From the IMG/VR virus record IMGVR_UViG_3300046468_002660: a stretch of DNA of 64,000 nt. One strand, written 5' to 3'. A program made the translations under genes and the position numbers. This document shows, piece after piece, positions 1 to 8,379 of this stretch (the first letter of the stretch is position 1; each line of letters opens with the position of its first letter). The notes below the pieces were generated by a model. It was not told where the DNA came from. It saw only the letters and a program-made list of their open reading frames with translations, and did no database searches. This DNA is from a virus.

Positions 1-23
1 ATGGTGTCTTTATTAGCTGTCAT
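1..23 (-). CDS. 5' end of a small early gene (MTANKDT...), truncated by the window edge
   Basis: ATG at 23, 6 nt downstream of a TTGCAA-N17-TACATT promoter. Confidence 0.5.
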
Positions 24-29
24 AAACAC

Positions 30-58
30 AATGTAAACTAGCGGTGCGTGTTTTGCAA
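30..58 (-). promoter_or_regulatory. sigma70-type early promoter, leaderless
   Basis: Minus strand TTGCAA-N17-TACATT-N6-ATG. Confidence 0.65.
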
Positions 59-188
59 GCAAATACGGATTTATTTTCACTTTTTTTTCGTTTTTTTATT
101 TAGTTGCAAATAGCCTAATAGTGCAACTTTATAGGAGTAGCAGGATTGTACAACTTTATAGTTGGCACACTTCCTGAACACCCGTTCT

Positions 189-268
189 GTAAGTCGTTGT
201 TTAGCAAGCTGTTACGAGAGCGGCAGCCGCCGCCCTAAGTGCTTGGTTATCAGTCACTTAGGAGGCTA
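189..268. repeat. 80-bp direct repeat, copy 1 (two 29-bp imperfect palindromes)
   Basis: 77/80 identical to 833-912. Confidence 0.95.
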
Positions 269-271
269 AGT

Positions 272-445
272 TTAGCGATGTGCTAAACCTTCCAATTGTG
301 CTATTTGTTTGTCCAATTCTATTTGAATGGCTTCTATATCCGAAGCTTTCTTTTTATTGTTCAATTTCATAGCTTTTACCCTTTCGTTATTTAAAGCCAT
401 GATTTGTATTTTAAGTTTATTTATTGTATTTTTTATGTATTCCAT
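272..445 (-). CDS. hypothetical 57-aa coiled-coil protein (MEYIKNTINKLKIQ...)
   Basis: Translated by hand (below the ORF-track cutoff); TAATG stop/start overlap with the upstream gene. Confidence 0.65.
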   Translation of the reverse strand: MEYIKNTINKLKIQIMALNNERVKAMKLNNKKKASDIEAIQIELDKQIAQLEGLAHR

Positions 446-759
446 TATACTAGCTCCTCCTCTGCTAAAACTTTGATTCTATCCTCGAAGCATTCGTCAA
501 TTTCAGAATCGCTTTCAATGAAGTCTTCTATTTCTTTATTTGTGAAGGTTAAACTTGTTGGCTTGTCATTATCATCTAATTGCTCAACTTTAAGAACTCT
601 TGCGTTTGTGAAGATGTCCCACTCGTCAAAGTCATGTTCTATTTTAGCTTGAACTAAGAGTGTTCCAAAGTCTCCGAAGAGAACGATGTCGAATGTTCCA
701 CCATGTATGCCGTTCGAGTCTACGCTCTCGGCACTTTCGAATTGTAATGTCTTTGTCAT
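445..759 (-). CDS. hypothetical acidic early protein (MTKTLQF...)
   Basis: ORF 445-819 with start moved to ATG 759, because the upstream part overlaps its promoter. Confidence 0.75.
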   Translation of the reverse strand: MTKTLQFESAESVDSNGIHGGTFDIVLFGDFGTLLVQAKIEHDFDEWDIFTNARVLKVEQLDDNDKPTSLTFTNKEIEDFIESDSEIDECFEDRIKVLAEEELV

Positions 760-767
760 ATAACTAC

Positions 768-796
768 ATAGTAAACCACAAAACAAAAGAACGCAA
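768..796 (-). promoter_or_regulatory. sigma70-type early promoter, near-leaderless
   Basis: TTGCGT-N17-TACTAT-N8-ATG. Confidence 0.65.
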
Positions 797-832
797 GAAA
801 AAAGCGATTTATTTTGCATTTATTTTACTTTC

Positions 833-912
833 GTAAGTCGTTGTTTAGCAAGCTGTTACGAGAGCGGCAGCCGCCTCCCTAAGTGCTTGGTGGTCAGTCA
901 CTTAGGAGGCTA
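833..912. repeat. 80-bp direct repeat, copy 2
   Basis: 77/80 identical to 189-268. Confidence 0.95.
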
Positions 913-962
913 GTATTAAAGGCTATGTAAGAAGAGGGCTAGAGATAGACAAGCGATCAAGA

Positions 963-1142
963 TCATATAGCCTCCTTGTATTGCTTGCCGTTTTTGACGA
1001 TTGCCAAGTGAGGATTTTTTCTTTTTATTTGTTTTGCAATCTCCATAGCTTTAGCTTGTGAAGTTGCGTTGTCAACTAGCTTTCCAAAGACTCGAATGTC
1101 AATCCAATTGGAAAAGTTTTGGTTCTTTAGTATTGAGATCAT
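963..1142 (-). CDS. hypothetical 59-aa early protein (MISILKNQNFSNWIDIRVFGK...)
   Basis: Translated by hand; lies directly after a TTGACA-N17-TACAAT promoter. Confidence 0.7.
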   Translation of the reverse strand: MISILKNQNFSNWIDIRVFGKLVDNATSQAKAMEIAKQIKRKNPHLAIVKNGKQYKEAI

Positions 1143-1147
1143 ATCTA

Positions 1148-1176
1148 ATTGTAGTATGGTTGATTTGATTTGTCAA
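1148..1176 (-). promoter_or_regulatory. strong sigma70-type early promoter, leaderless
   Basis: TTGACA-N17-TACAAT-N5-ATG. Confidence 0.8.
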
Positions 1177-1179
1177 GAC

Positions 1180-1392
1180 TTACCTTTTAAAGTAAGCCTT
1201 GACTTGATCGGCAGTTGCCTTGACTAAGTCAGAGATAAAAACTTCTGACTCAAAAAGATGGTCTTGCGAGTGATGCTTTATTGTAGCGATACGCTGAGAT
1301 CCGACTCGATCAAGAGAAACGAGACGAACGACTTTATTATTTACCCGTGAGTGATACAGGCTTCCGACTTTTAATCCTTTAGTAATGTTCAT
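1180..1392 (-). CDS. hypothetical 70-aa early protein
   Basis: ORF with its own promoter. Confidence 0.75.
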   Translation of the reverse strand: MNITKGLKVGSLYHSRVNNKVVRLVSLDRVGSQRIATIKHHSQDHLFESEVFISDLVKATADQVKAYFKR

Positions 1393-1398
1393 ATATAC

Positions 1399-1427
1399 AA
1401 ACTAAACCAATTAATGCGTTGTGTCAA
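1399..1427 (-). promoter_or_regulatory. sigma70-type early promoter, leaderless
   Basis: TTGACA-N17-TAGTTT-N6-ATG. Confidence 0.7.
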
Positions 1428-1646
1428 ACTATTTGAGCAAAAAAACCCTCTTTTTTAAAAGTTTTTTTGATTGCACTATGTCCCCCGTTTTTTGAATTTT
1501 TTTTTAGGTGCTATCCTGAGATTTAGCGGGGGGGTGGGTTTTCTCAAAAAATCAACGCTTTATTCTTTTGTGAATAACATTTTTACGAAAAAAATCGGCG
1601 ACACTTGAATTTTGAGCGTGTAATATATAGTATATCTTTTAAATAC

Positions 1647-2372
1647 ATGCCAAGACGCAAAAAATCTGAAATAGAAGACGATCAGGAAATAGAAAAAATT
1701 ATGAGCTCAATGTCTAAGACAAAGGTTAAGCTCAAAAAAATAGATTTTTCTGACAAACAACAAGAGTTACTAAAACTGATCTTTGATCGAGACACTAAAA
1801 TAATTTTCATCAACGGTCCAGCTGGAACAAGTAAAACCTTTATGGCAATTTATGGAGCGCTTCAATTGTTCAACATGAATAATAACTACAGTATTAGTTA
1901 TGTGCGAACGATTATTGAAAGCGCTGATAGAGGAATGGGCGCTCTACCAGGAAGTGTAGATGAAAAATTTTGCCCATTTATGATGCCGCTTAATGATAAA
2001 CTATACGAATTGATACCAATATCGACAGCAAAAAATTTGGTTGACAAAGGCGTGATAACAGCTATGCCTATTAATTATTTACGCGGAGCGAGTTTAAACG
2101 ATCAAATTGTAATAGCTGATGAAGCTCAAAACTTTAGCTTAAAAGAGCTAGTAACCCTAATCACAAGAATAGGAGAGAACACGAAAATGTTTATTTGTGG
2201 AGATATTATGCAGAGCGATATAAACGGAAAAAGCGGATTATGTCCAATTAAAGAACTTTTTGACGAAGAAAATTCTAAAAGGCAAGGGATACACACTTTT
2301 GACTTTGATCATAAAGATATAAAGAGAAGCGAAATATTAAAATATATAGTTAAAAAATTAGAAGAATTATAA
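1647..2372 (+). CDS. phoH: PhoH-family ATPase
   Basis: GPAGTSKT Walker A, YLRGASL, IADEAQN, GDIMQSD; ATG 1647 preferred over TTG 1605. Confidence 0.92.
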   Translation: MPRRKKSEIEDDQEIEKIMSSMSKTKVKLKKIDFSDKQQELLKLIFDRDTKIIFINGPAGTSKTFMAIYGALQLFNMNNNYSISYVRTIIESADRGMGALPGSVDEKFCPFMMPLNDKLYELIPISTAKNLVDKGVITAMPINYLRGASLNDQIVIADEAQNFSLKELVTLITRIGENTKMFICGDIMQSDINGKSGLCPIKELFDEENSKRQGIHTFDFDHKDIKRSEILKYIVKKLEEL

Positions 2373-2387
2373 AGTGTATATAAATAC

Positions 2388-2582
2388 ATGCAAGAAGGAG
2401 ATTATATATACTTTAATCACAATAATACAAAAAAATCAGGGAAAATAGCTAAAATTTTTACTCAAATTGGTTTTGAGGATCATGGCGAAAAAATGGTGGT
2501 AATTTTAGTTGATAATTCGAATGGCTTATTTAACGAAGAGTCTAGTTTAATTTTAAAACTTAAAGACCTGCAAGTTATGTGA
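2388..2582 (+). CDS. hypothetical protein
   Basis: ORF preceded by a GTGTA motif. Confidence 0.65.
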   Translation: MQEGDYIYFNHNNTKKSGKIAKIFTQIGFEDHGEKMVVILVDNSNGLFNEESSLILKLKDLQVM

Positions 2583-2627
2583 GCATTTAAATTGAAAAAA
2601 TCCTGTGTATTATTAGTATAAATACAT

Positions 2628-2852
2628 ATGGAGTTGATCATATCTGCATTTATAGGAGCGTTGTCTGCAATTATTGTCGCGATTTTAAATAAAAAAAAGA
2701 GCGATAGTAATAAAGATAAAATCGTGCAACAAATAATTGAACAATTAAACATTAACCACAACAATGTTTATGTTGTCGATTCTACAAAAAAACAAGAAAT
2801 TAAATATAAATCAGAAGGCTCGCAAAATAAATCTTTAATTATACTAAAATAA
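2628..2852 (+). CDS. small membrane-anchored hypothetical protein
   Basis: N-terminal hydrophobic helix followed by KKK. Confidence 0.65.
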   Translation: MELIISAFIGALSAIIVAILNKKKSDSNKDKIVQQIIEQLNINHNNVYVVDSTKKQEIKYKSEGSQNKSLIILK

Positions 2853-2853
2853 A

Positions 2854-3144
2854 ATGGCACATAAATACTGTAAATCATGTGGAAGCAAAAATGAATATCT
2901 TGGCGTAGAGCCAAAATTTTGCAGTCATTGTGGAGCCCCGTTGGGTGCTTCATCAATAAAGAGAGTTGTTAAAAACTCAGAGGCTCAAGCTGGAAACTTT
3001 GAAAGCTTAGCTGAAGATGAAACTGATGTTAATTTTGTCCCCAATATATCAAAATTACAGTATGAAGTATCGCCATTCGAAAAAAGAACTTTCAAGGTGG
3101 AAGAACTATTTAATCTTGAAAGCGATGGCAAAAAAGAGGGGTAG
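2854..3144 (+). CDS. zinc-ribbon protein
   Basis: CKSC...CSHC. Confidence 0.75.
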   Translation: MAHKYCKSCGSKNEYLGVEPKFCSHCGAPLGASSIKRVVKNSEAQAGNFESLAEDETDVNFVPNISKLQYEVSPFEKRTFKVEELFNLESDGKKEG

Positions 3145-3844
3145 GCCAAGAAAAATAAGATTCGAAGATAAGTACGAAACAATTCTAGAGCAAATAGCTA
3201 AAAGAAGAGGGCAGTGGTACTTAAAGGCAATAAATTGGATTTCTTGGGACGATGTGGTGCAAATTATATTATCACACATCCATCAGAAATGGCACCTATG
3301 GGATCAGAAAAGATCTATTGAGCCATGGCTTAATAGAATTATATCAAATCAAATCAAAAACTTATTAAGAAACCATTACAGTAACTTTATTAGACCTTGC
3401 ACTTCTTGCCCTTTTAATTCTTCAGGAGCAATAGATAATAACAATGAATCCGCAAATACTTGTTCTTGGACAAAAACAGGAAAGCAAGATGGCAGCTGTC
3501 CTTTATTTAAAAAATGGGAGCGCACAAAAAAATCTTCTTTTCACATTAACACAGCTTCTTGCATAGATAACTCAGAAGCGCTACATAAAAAGCATAAAGA
3601 TTTTGATATTGATAATGCGACAAAAAAACTTAATGAGCATATGAAAAATAATTTATCAGAAAAACATTATAAAATATATGAAATGATACATATTTATAAT
3701 TTAGATATTCATAAAGCTGCTGAGAAACTTGGATATAAAAGCAATGAAAAAGGAAGAAATGCGGGATACAAACAAATAAAAAATTTTGAAAAAATGTTTA
3801 AAGCATTAGCTAAAAAAATAATTAATGAAAACGACATAATATGA
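3125..3844 (+). CDS. sigma70-like phage transcription factor (candidate late sigma)
   Basis: Region-2-like WDDVVQ...HLWDQKRSIEPWLNRIISNQIKNLLR; C-terminal HTH-like (AAEKLGY); N-terminal KKRGRPRK; start placed at ATG 3125. Confidence 0.7.
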   Translation: MAKKRGRPRKIRFEDKYETILEQIAKRRGQWYLKAINWISWDDVVQIILSHIHQKWHLWDQKRSIEPWLNRIISNQIKNLLRNHYSNFIRPCTSCPFNSSGAIDNNNESANTCSWTKTGKQDGSCPLFKKWERTKKSSFHINTASCIDNSEALHKKHKDFDIDNATKKLNEHMKNNLSEKHYKIYEMIHIYNLDIHKAAEKLGYKSNEKGRNAGYKQIKNFEKMFKALAKKIINENDII

Positions 3845-4890
3845 AACTAACAGAAGAACAACAAAACTTTATAAGAGAAAATTATATGTTAATATCTGAT
3901 TTGATTGAATTAACGAGACAAGTATTTAATGACAATACTCTTGACGGTAGAACAAAAGAAGGTCGAGCTGTAAGGAAATATCTTGTAGATAATAATCTAG
4001 AATATAAAACGACAGAAAAACAAAAAAAAGAAGATATAACATTTTCTCAAGAACAAAAAGAATTTATTGTTCAATATGCGAAAGAAGGTATGAGTGCATA
4101 TGAAATATCAAAAATTATATTCCCAGATATAAATATAACAAATTTAACAAAAGAAGTAACAGAAGTAGCTAAATTTATAGAAGATATTGATCAGAAGCTT
4201 TTGCATCCTGACGAATCTGCAATAAACTCTCAGTATTTTGCGCCAAAATCTGTTTCGAGAGTAATTAAAAAAATTAATGATTATTGTCAAGAAGAACTTG
4301 ACGAAAAGCAATTAAATCGTCAAGATTTAGACAACATAGAAAGCACAACGAAATTTTTGTCTGCACCTAGATTTATTCAAGTGATTAATACATATAGCGC
4401 CATGGATGATAGAAATTTATTTGAAGCTGAGTATATAAGATCTGTATGGGATAAACCAGACTTAACAAGTGATGAATTAAATTTGTACATTAATGTTTGT
4501 ATGGATTATATTCATTTAAAAAATATTAGTAAAGCAATAGATAAATTAAATCGTATGTTTGAAGAATGTGAAGATCAGAGAGACATGACTGTACGATTAG
4601 CTGAATTATTAAAAACAAAAAGCGAAGAATACAATCAATGTGAAAAACGTCAAGAAACATTAATCGCGCGGTTAAATGGTGATAGAAAAGAGCGTATCAA
4701 GAATAGACATAAAGATAATGCATCTATACTATCACTTGTTAGAGTATTTCAAAATGAAACAGATAGAAAGCGTATGGTAGAAATGGCAGAAAAACAAAAA
4801 TTACTTATTAATCAAGAAGCTGACGAATTAGAGAGAATGGATGTTTGGAAAGCTCGAGTTTTAGGAATATCAAAAGATGAAGCTATCTAA
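3841..4890 (+). CDS. hypothetical helical protein (HTH-like plus coiled coil; possible terminase small subunit)
   Basis: Long ORF upstream of TerL; the function is inferred from position only. Confidence 0.45.
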   Translation: MKLTEEQQNFIRENYMLISDLIELTRQVFNDNTLDGRTKEGRAVRKYLVDNNLEYKTTEKQKKEDITFSQEQKEFIVQYAKEGMSAYEISKIIFPDINITNLTKEVTEVAKFIEDIDQKLLHPDESAINSQYFAPKSVSRVIKKINDYCQEELDEKQLNRQDLDNIESTTKFLSAPRFIQVINTYSAMDDRNLFEAEYIRSVWDKPDLTSDELNLYINVCMDYIHLKNISKAIDKLNRMFEECEDQRDMTVRLAELLKTKSEEYNQCEKRQETLIARLNGDRKERIKNRHKDNASILSLVRVFQNETDRKRMVEMAEKQKLLINQEADELERMDVWKARVLGISKDEAI

Positions 4891-5548
4891 ATTAGAAAAA
4901 ATATCAAATGCTATAGGTGAGCGTTACTATACCATTCAGCTGATGTTAAATCTCTTCGAAGGTTTTGGCGGCAGTAATATTATTCAAGTTGGATGTCAAA
5001 AGCGGGACTTTGAATCTTTTCATTACGACTTATTCAATATACTTGCTGATTATGTTGATGACAAAAAACTACAATATGTCAATTATTCACTATACCATGA
5101 TCATGATGATAATGCTAAGGCTATACAATCATTAATATATAAACAATATAATACAAAACAAATAAATATAAAAGATATATCAGAATATAAAGAATATAAA
5201 CAAAATGATATAGATTTATTGATACTACATGATATAAACTATCCAATGCAAAAATTAATACAGCAAGTAGATAGTAAATTAAATTATTTAGAAGCTAGAA
5301 ATATATTAAACGGAATAGAAGAAAAAGAATTTGAGCACCTATTTGGAGATGCAGTACATCCATGCAGGAAAACAATGCTTAATCAGCTAAAAACCTTTTC
5401 TAGCCGTCTTGCTCGCCGTGCAATCGTGGTTCTAGAAGGAAATGATTATCCTGGCGGCTCCCAAACTCTTCTTGCCAAGCGGCAATTGGAGAGGGAGGGA
5501 TTTATTTGTTTATTAGATTTAAAACAGTCAGTGTGGATTAAGCGTTGA
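4877..5548 (+). CDS. hypothetical protein, possibly a degenerate SAM-methyltransferase fold
   Basis: IIQVG..., IDLLILHD and VVLEGND loosely resemble class I MTase strands. Confidence 0.35.
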   Translation: MKLSKLEKISNAIGERYYTIQLMLNLFEGFGGSNIIQVGCQKRDFESFHYDLFNILADYVDDKKLQYVNYSLYHDHDDNAKAIQSLIYKQYNTKQINIKDISEYKEYKQNDIDLLILHDINYPMQKLIQQVDSKLNYLEARNILNGIEEKEFEHLFGDAVHPCRKTMLNQLKTFSSRLARRAIVVLEGNDYPGGSQTLLAKRQLEREGFICLLDLKQSVWIKR

Positions 5549-6474
5549 GTATAACATGTAAAATATGCGGTTCAAAATTTAGAAGTGAGCGTTCTCTCCA
5601 CACTCACATAAAAGCGCATGGAATTTTGCTAGCTGAATATTATACAACATATTATCCTAGATATAATTTATATACAGGTGAATTAATTCCTTTTAAAAAT
5701 AAAGATCAATATTTTTCTACTTATTTTTCCAATAATGTTGAATTAGAAAAGTGGGCGGCTACAGCCGAGCGCGAACATGTTCAGCAAATATTACTAGATA
5801 TGTTGAGCAAAAGAATAATTAGCAAAGATTTGCAATACGCGCCTAATCATTTAGAATTAAAATTACTTGATTTACCAGAAATAGAAATATATAAAGTATT
5901 TTTTGGTTCATATAATGAAGCCTGTCGCAGGCTTCAGGTTGAACCTTTATTAAACAAAAGTGTAAAAAGTAAATTTTTAAAAGAAAATAAAAATTTAAAT
6001 GACATTGAAATCTTGATTGATACTAGAGAGCAAAACCCATTAAAGTTTCCAAATAGCAAATCTCACAAATTAGATTTTGGAGACTATACAGCAACAGGAG
6101 AATATTATAACAAGACCTACATTGACCGAAAAAGTGAAACCGATTTTAAATCAACAATGACAGTAGGTTTTGATAGGTTCAAAAAAGAACTGCAGAGAAC
6201 TGTAGATTTTGATTCTTTTTTATATATAGTTGTTGAGAGTTCAACAGAAAAAGTTATAAGAAACAATAGCTTTGGTCCTCACAAATCTAATTTAACTTTT
6301 GTATGGCATCAAATGAGAGTGTTATCTCATGAGTTTGCAAGAAGGTGTCAATTTGTTTTTTCTGGAGGAAGAAAAAGATCTGAGAATTTAATACCAATAC
6401 TTTTAGATGCTGGTCCAGAGATGTGGCATTCAGACATACAATATTACATTGATAAAAGAATTTTAAAAATATGA
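5545..6474 (+). CDS. C2H2 zinc finger plus ERCC4/XPF-type nuclease
   Basis: CKIC...HIKAH; IDTREQ, GDY and DRKS motifs. Confidence 0.8.
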   Translation: MSITCKICGSKFRSERSLHTHIKAHGILLAEYYTTYYPRYNLYTGELIPFKNKDQYFSTYFSNNVELEKWAATAEREHVQQILLDMLSKRIISKDLQYAPNHLELKLLDLPEIEIYKVFFGSYNEACRRLQVEPLLNKSVKSKFLKENKNLNDIEILIDTREQNPLKFPNSKSHKLDFGDYTATGEYYNKTYIDRKSETDFKSTMTVGFDRFKKELQRTVDFDSFLYIVVESSTEKVIRNNSFGPHKSNLTFVWHQMRVLSHEFARRCQFVFSGGRKRSENLIPILLDAGPEMWHSDIQYYIDKRILKI

Positions 6475-8336
6475 CTTGGGAAAAAGGAAAACAAAAAAGA
6501 CGAAGTACTAGTAAAGATATAAACGAAAGAATATCTAAGTTAGAAGGCTTCTTAGAAGAAAGAGAATCGAAAATTTTATTATATGAATTTTTACGAGAGA
6601 ATGTTACTTTTAGTACAAACTTAATTGCTGGGGTAGATTTATTCCCTTTTCAACATATGGCTATTAAATCGATGTTTGAAAGCGATTATTTTTTGGGAAT
6701 ATGGTCTCGTGGTATGTCAAAATCTTGGACCACAGGAATCTTTGCATTTATGGACGCCATCATGAACCAAGGTGTGGAAATAGGTATTCTATCAAAATCT
6801 TTTCGACAAGCTAAAATGATTTTCAAAAAAATTGAAGATATAGCAGCTAAACCAGAAGCGAAATACTTATCTCAATGCATTACAAGGGTATCTAAGCAAA
6901 ATGACGAATGGGTCATGGAAATTGGAAGTAGCTCAATTAGGGCACTGCCTTTAGGCGACGGTTCAAAACTTCGGGGTTTTAGGTTTCATAGAATTATTAT
7001 TGACGAGATGCTACTTATGCCAGAAAGGATTTATAATGAGGTTATTGTTCCCTTTCTATCTGTAGTGCAAAACCCAAAAGAAAGGGAAGATTTACATAAT
7101 CTTGAAACCCAGTTAATTAAACAGGGCAAAATGAAAGAAGAAGACCGTTACGTTTGGCCAAACAATAAATTAATAATGTTGTCCTCTGCAAGTTACAAAT
7201 TTGAATACTTGTATAAACTTTACGAAAACTTCGAAACCCTTATTAATAACGAAGGGAAGTCAAACACAAATGCATCTAGAGCTATAATGCATTTCTCATA
7301 CGATTGCGCTCCAAAGCAATTGTATGACCAAAACCTTGTAGAACAGGCAAAGTCAACCATGAGTCAAAGCCAGTACGATAGAGAGTTTGGTGCAATATTT
7401 ACAGATGACAGTTCTGGTTACTTTAAGATTTCAAAAATGCAAGAATGTACCGTCGAAGAAGGTGTGAGCCCTTGCGTTGAAGTGAAAGGAGAAGTGGGAG
7501 CTGAGTACATGCTTTCGTTTGACCCAAGTTGGGCTGAAAGTGAAAGTTCTGATGATTTTGCTATGCAAATATTTAAATTAAATAAAGAGACTAAGCAAAG
7601 TACGCTTGTTCACGTATATGCAATGGCAGGTCAAAACCTTAAAAATCATATTAATTATTTTCATTATTTATTAACTAATTTTAATATTGTATCAATGGTA
7701 GGAGATTATAATGGAGGAGTACAATTTATAAATGCTGTTAAAGAAAGTTCATTATTTAAAGTTGCTAAAATACAAATTAATGTACTCGAAACTGAATTTG
7801 ATGATTTAGAGAATTATCATAAATCTTTAAGATCAGCAAAAAGAGAGATGAACGCTGAAGGTATTCCTTGTGTGCTTAGAAAACCAACTTCAGACTGGAT
7901 CAGAAGAGCTAATGAATTGTTGCAAGCTAACTTTGATCATAAAAGAATATGGTTTGCCTCAAGAGCTATAGACGAATCATTTCAAAGCCAAAGAAAAAAG
8001 AAAATACCTATTCAAAAATTAAATTTTTTAAATTTTGCTGATGATGAAGAAAAACAAAGTGACGGTGCGAAAATGATAGACTTTGTGGAGCATCAACATG
8101 ATATGATGGAATATACAAAAGGTCAATGCGCATTAATTGAAGTTAAATCTTCACCTCAAGGAACACAAACTTTTGACTTGCCTTTAAATTTAAAAAAGAC
8201 GACTGGGCCCAGTAAAGCCAGAAAAGACTGCTATTCAGCACTAGTGCTTGGAAGCTGGATGATGAAAATTCATAACGACATTTACAACTTTAAGGATGAA
8301 ACTGTTAATTCTTTTGTGCCAATGTTTATAAAGTAA
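6471..8336 (+). CDS. terL: terminase large subunit
   Basis: SRGMSKS Walker A, LRGFRF, IIIDE Walker B, RNase H-like SFDPS...DD...KDCYSAL; directly precedes the portal. Confidence 0.88.
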   Translation: MTWEKGKQKRRSTSKDINERISKLEGFLEERESKILLYEFLRENVTFSTNLIAGVDLFPFQHMAIKSMFESDYFLGIWSRGMSKSWTTGIFAFMDAIMNQGVEIGILSKSFRQAKMIFKKIEDIAAKPEAKYLSQCITRVSKQNDEWVMEIGSSSIRALPLGDGSKLRGFRFHRIIIDEMLLMPERIYNEVIVPFLSVVQNPKEREDLHNLETQLIKQGKMKEEDRYVWPNNKLIMLSSASYKFEYLYKLYENFETLINNEGKSNTNASRAIMHFSYDCAPKQLYDQNLVEQAKSTMSQSQYDREFGAIFTDDSSGYFKISKMQECTVEEGVSPCVEVKGEVGAEYMLSFDPSWAESESSDDFAMQIFKLNKETKQSTLVHVYAMAGQNLKNHINYFHYLLTNFNIVSMVGDYNGGVQFINAVKESSLFKVAKIQINVLETEFDDLENYHKSLRSAKREMNAEGIPCVLRKPTSDWIRRANELLQANFDHKRIWFASRAIDESFQSQRKKKIPIQKLNFLNFADDEEKQSDGAKMIDFVEHQHDMMEYTKGQCALIEVKSSPQGTQTFDLPLNLKKTTGPSKARKDCYSALVLGSWMMKIHNDIYNFKDETVNSFVPMFIK

Positions 8337-8379
8337 CTTTAAAAGTGACTTTTTGACTTTTCGGTGTACTATATATGTA

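Noticed and set aside
189-912. CRISPR array
   Set aside because: Only two 80-bp copies, 564 bp apart, with genes between them; no cas genes.
916-966. 16-aa hydrophobic micro-ORF on the minus strand (MILIACLSLALFLHSL) coupled to the 963-1142 gene
   Set aside because: Plausible given the ATGA overlap, but too short to support from sequence alone.
1481-1540. CCCCCG...CGGGGGGG tract at the early/late strand switch as a pac site or terminus
   Set aside because: No terminal repeat or read evidence is available, so it cannot be distinguished from an incidental hairpin.
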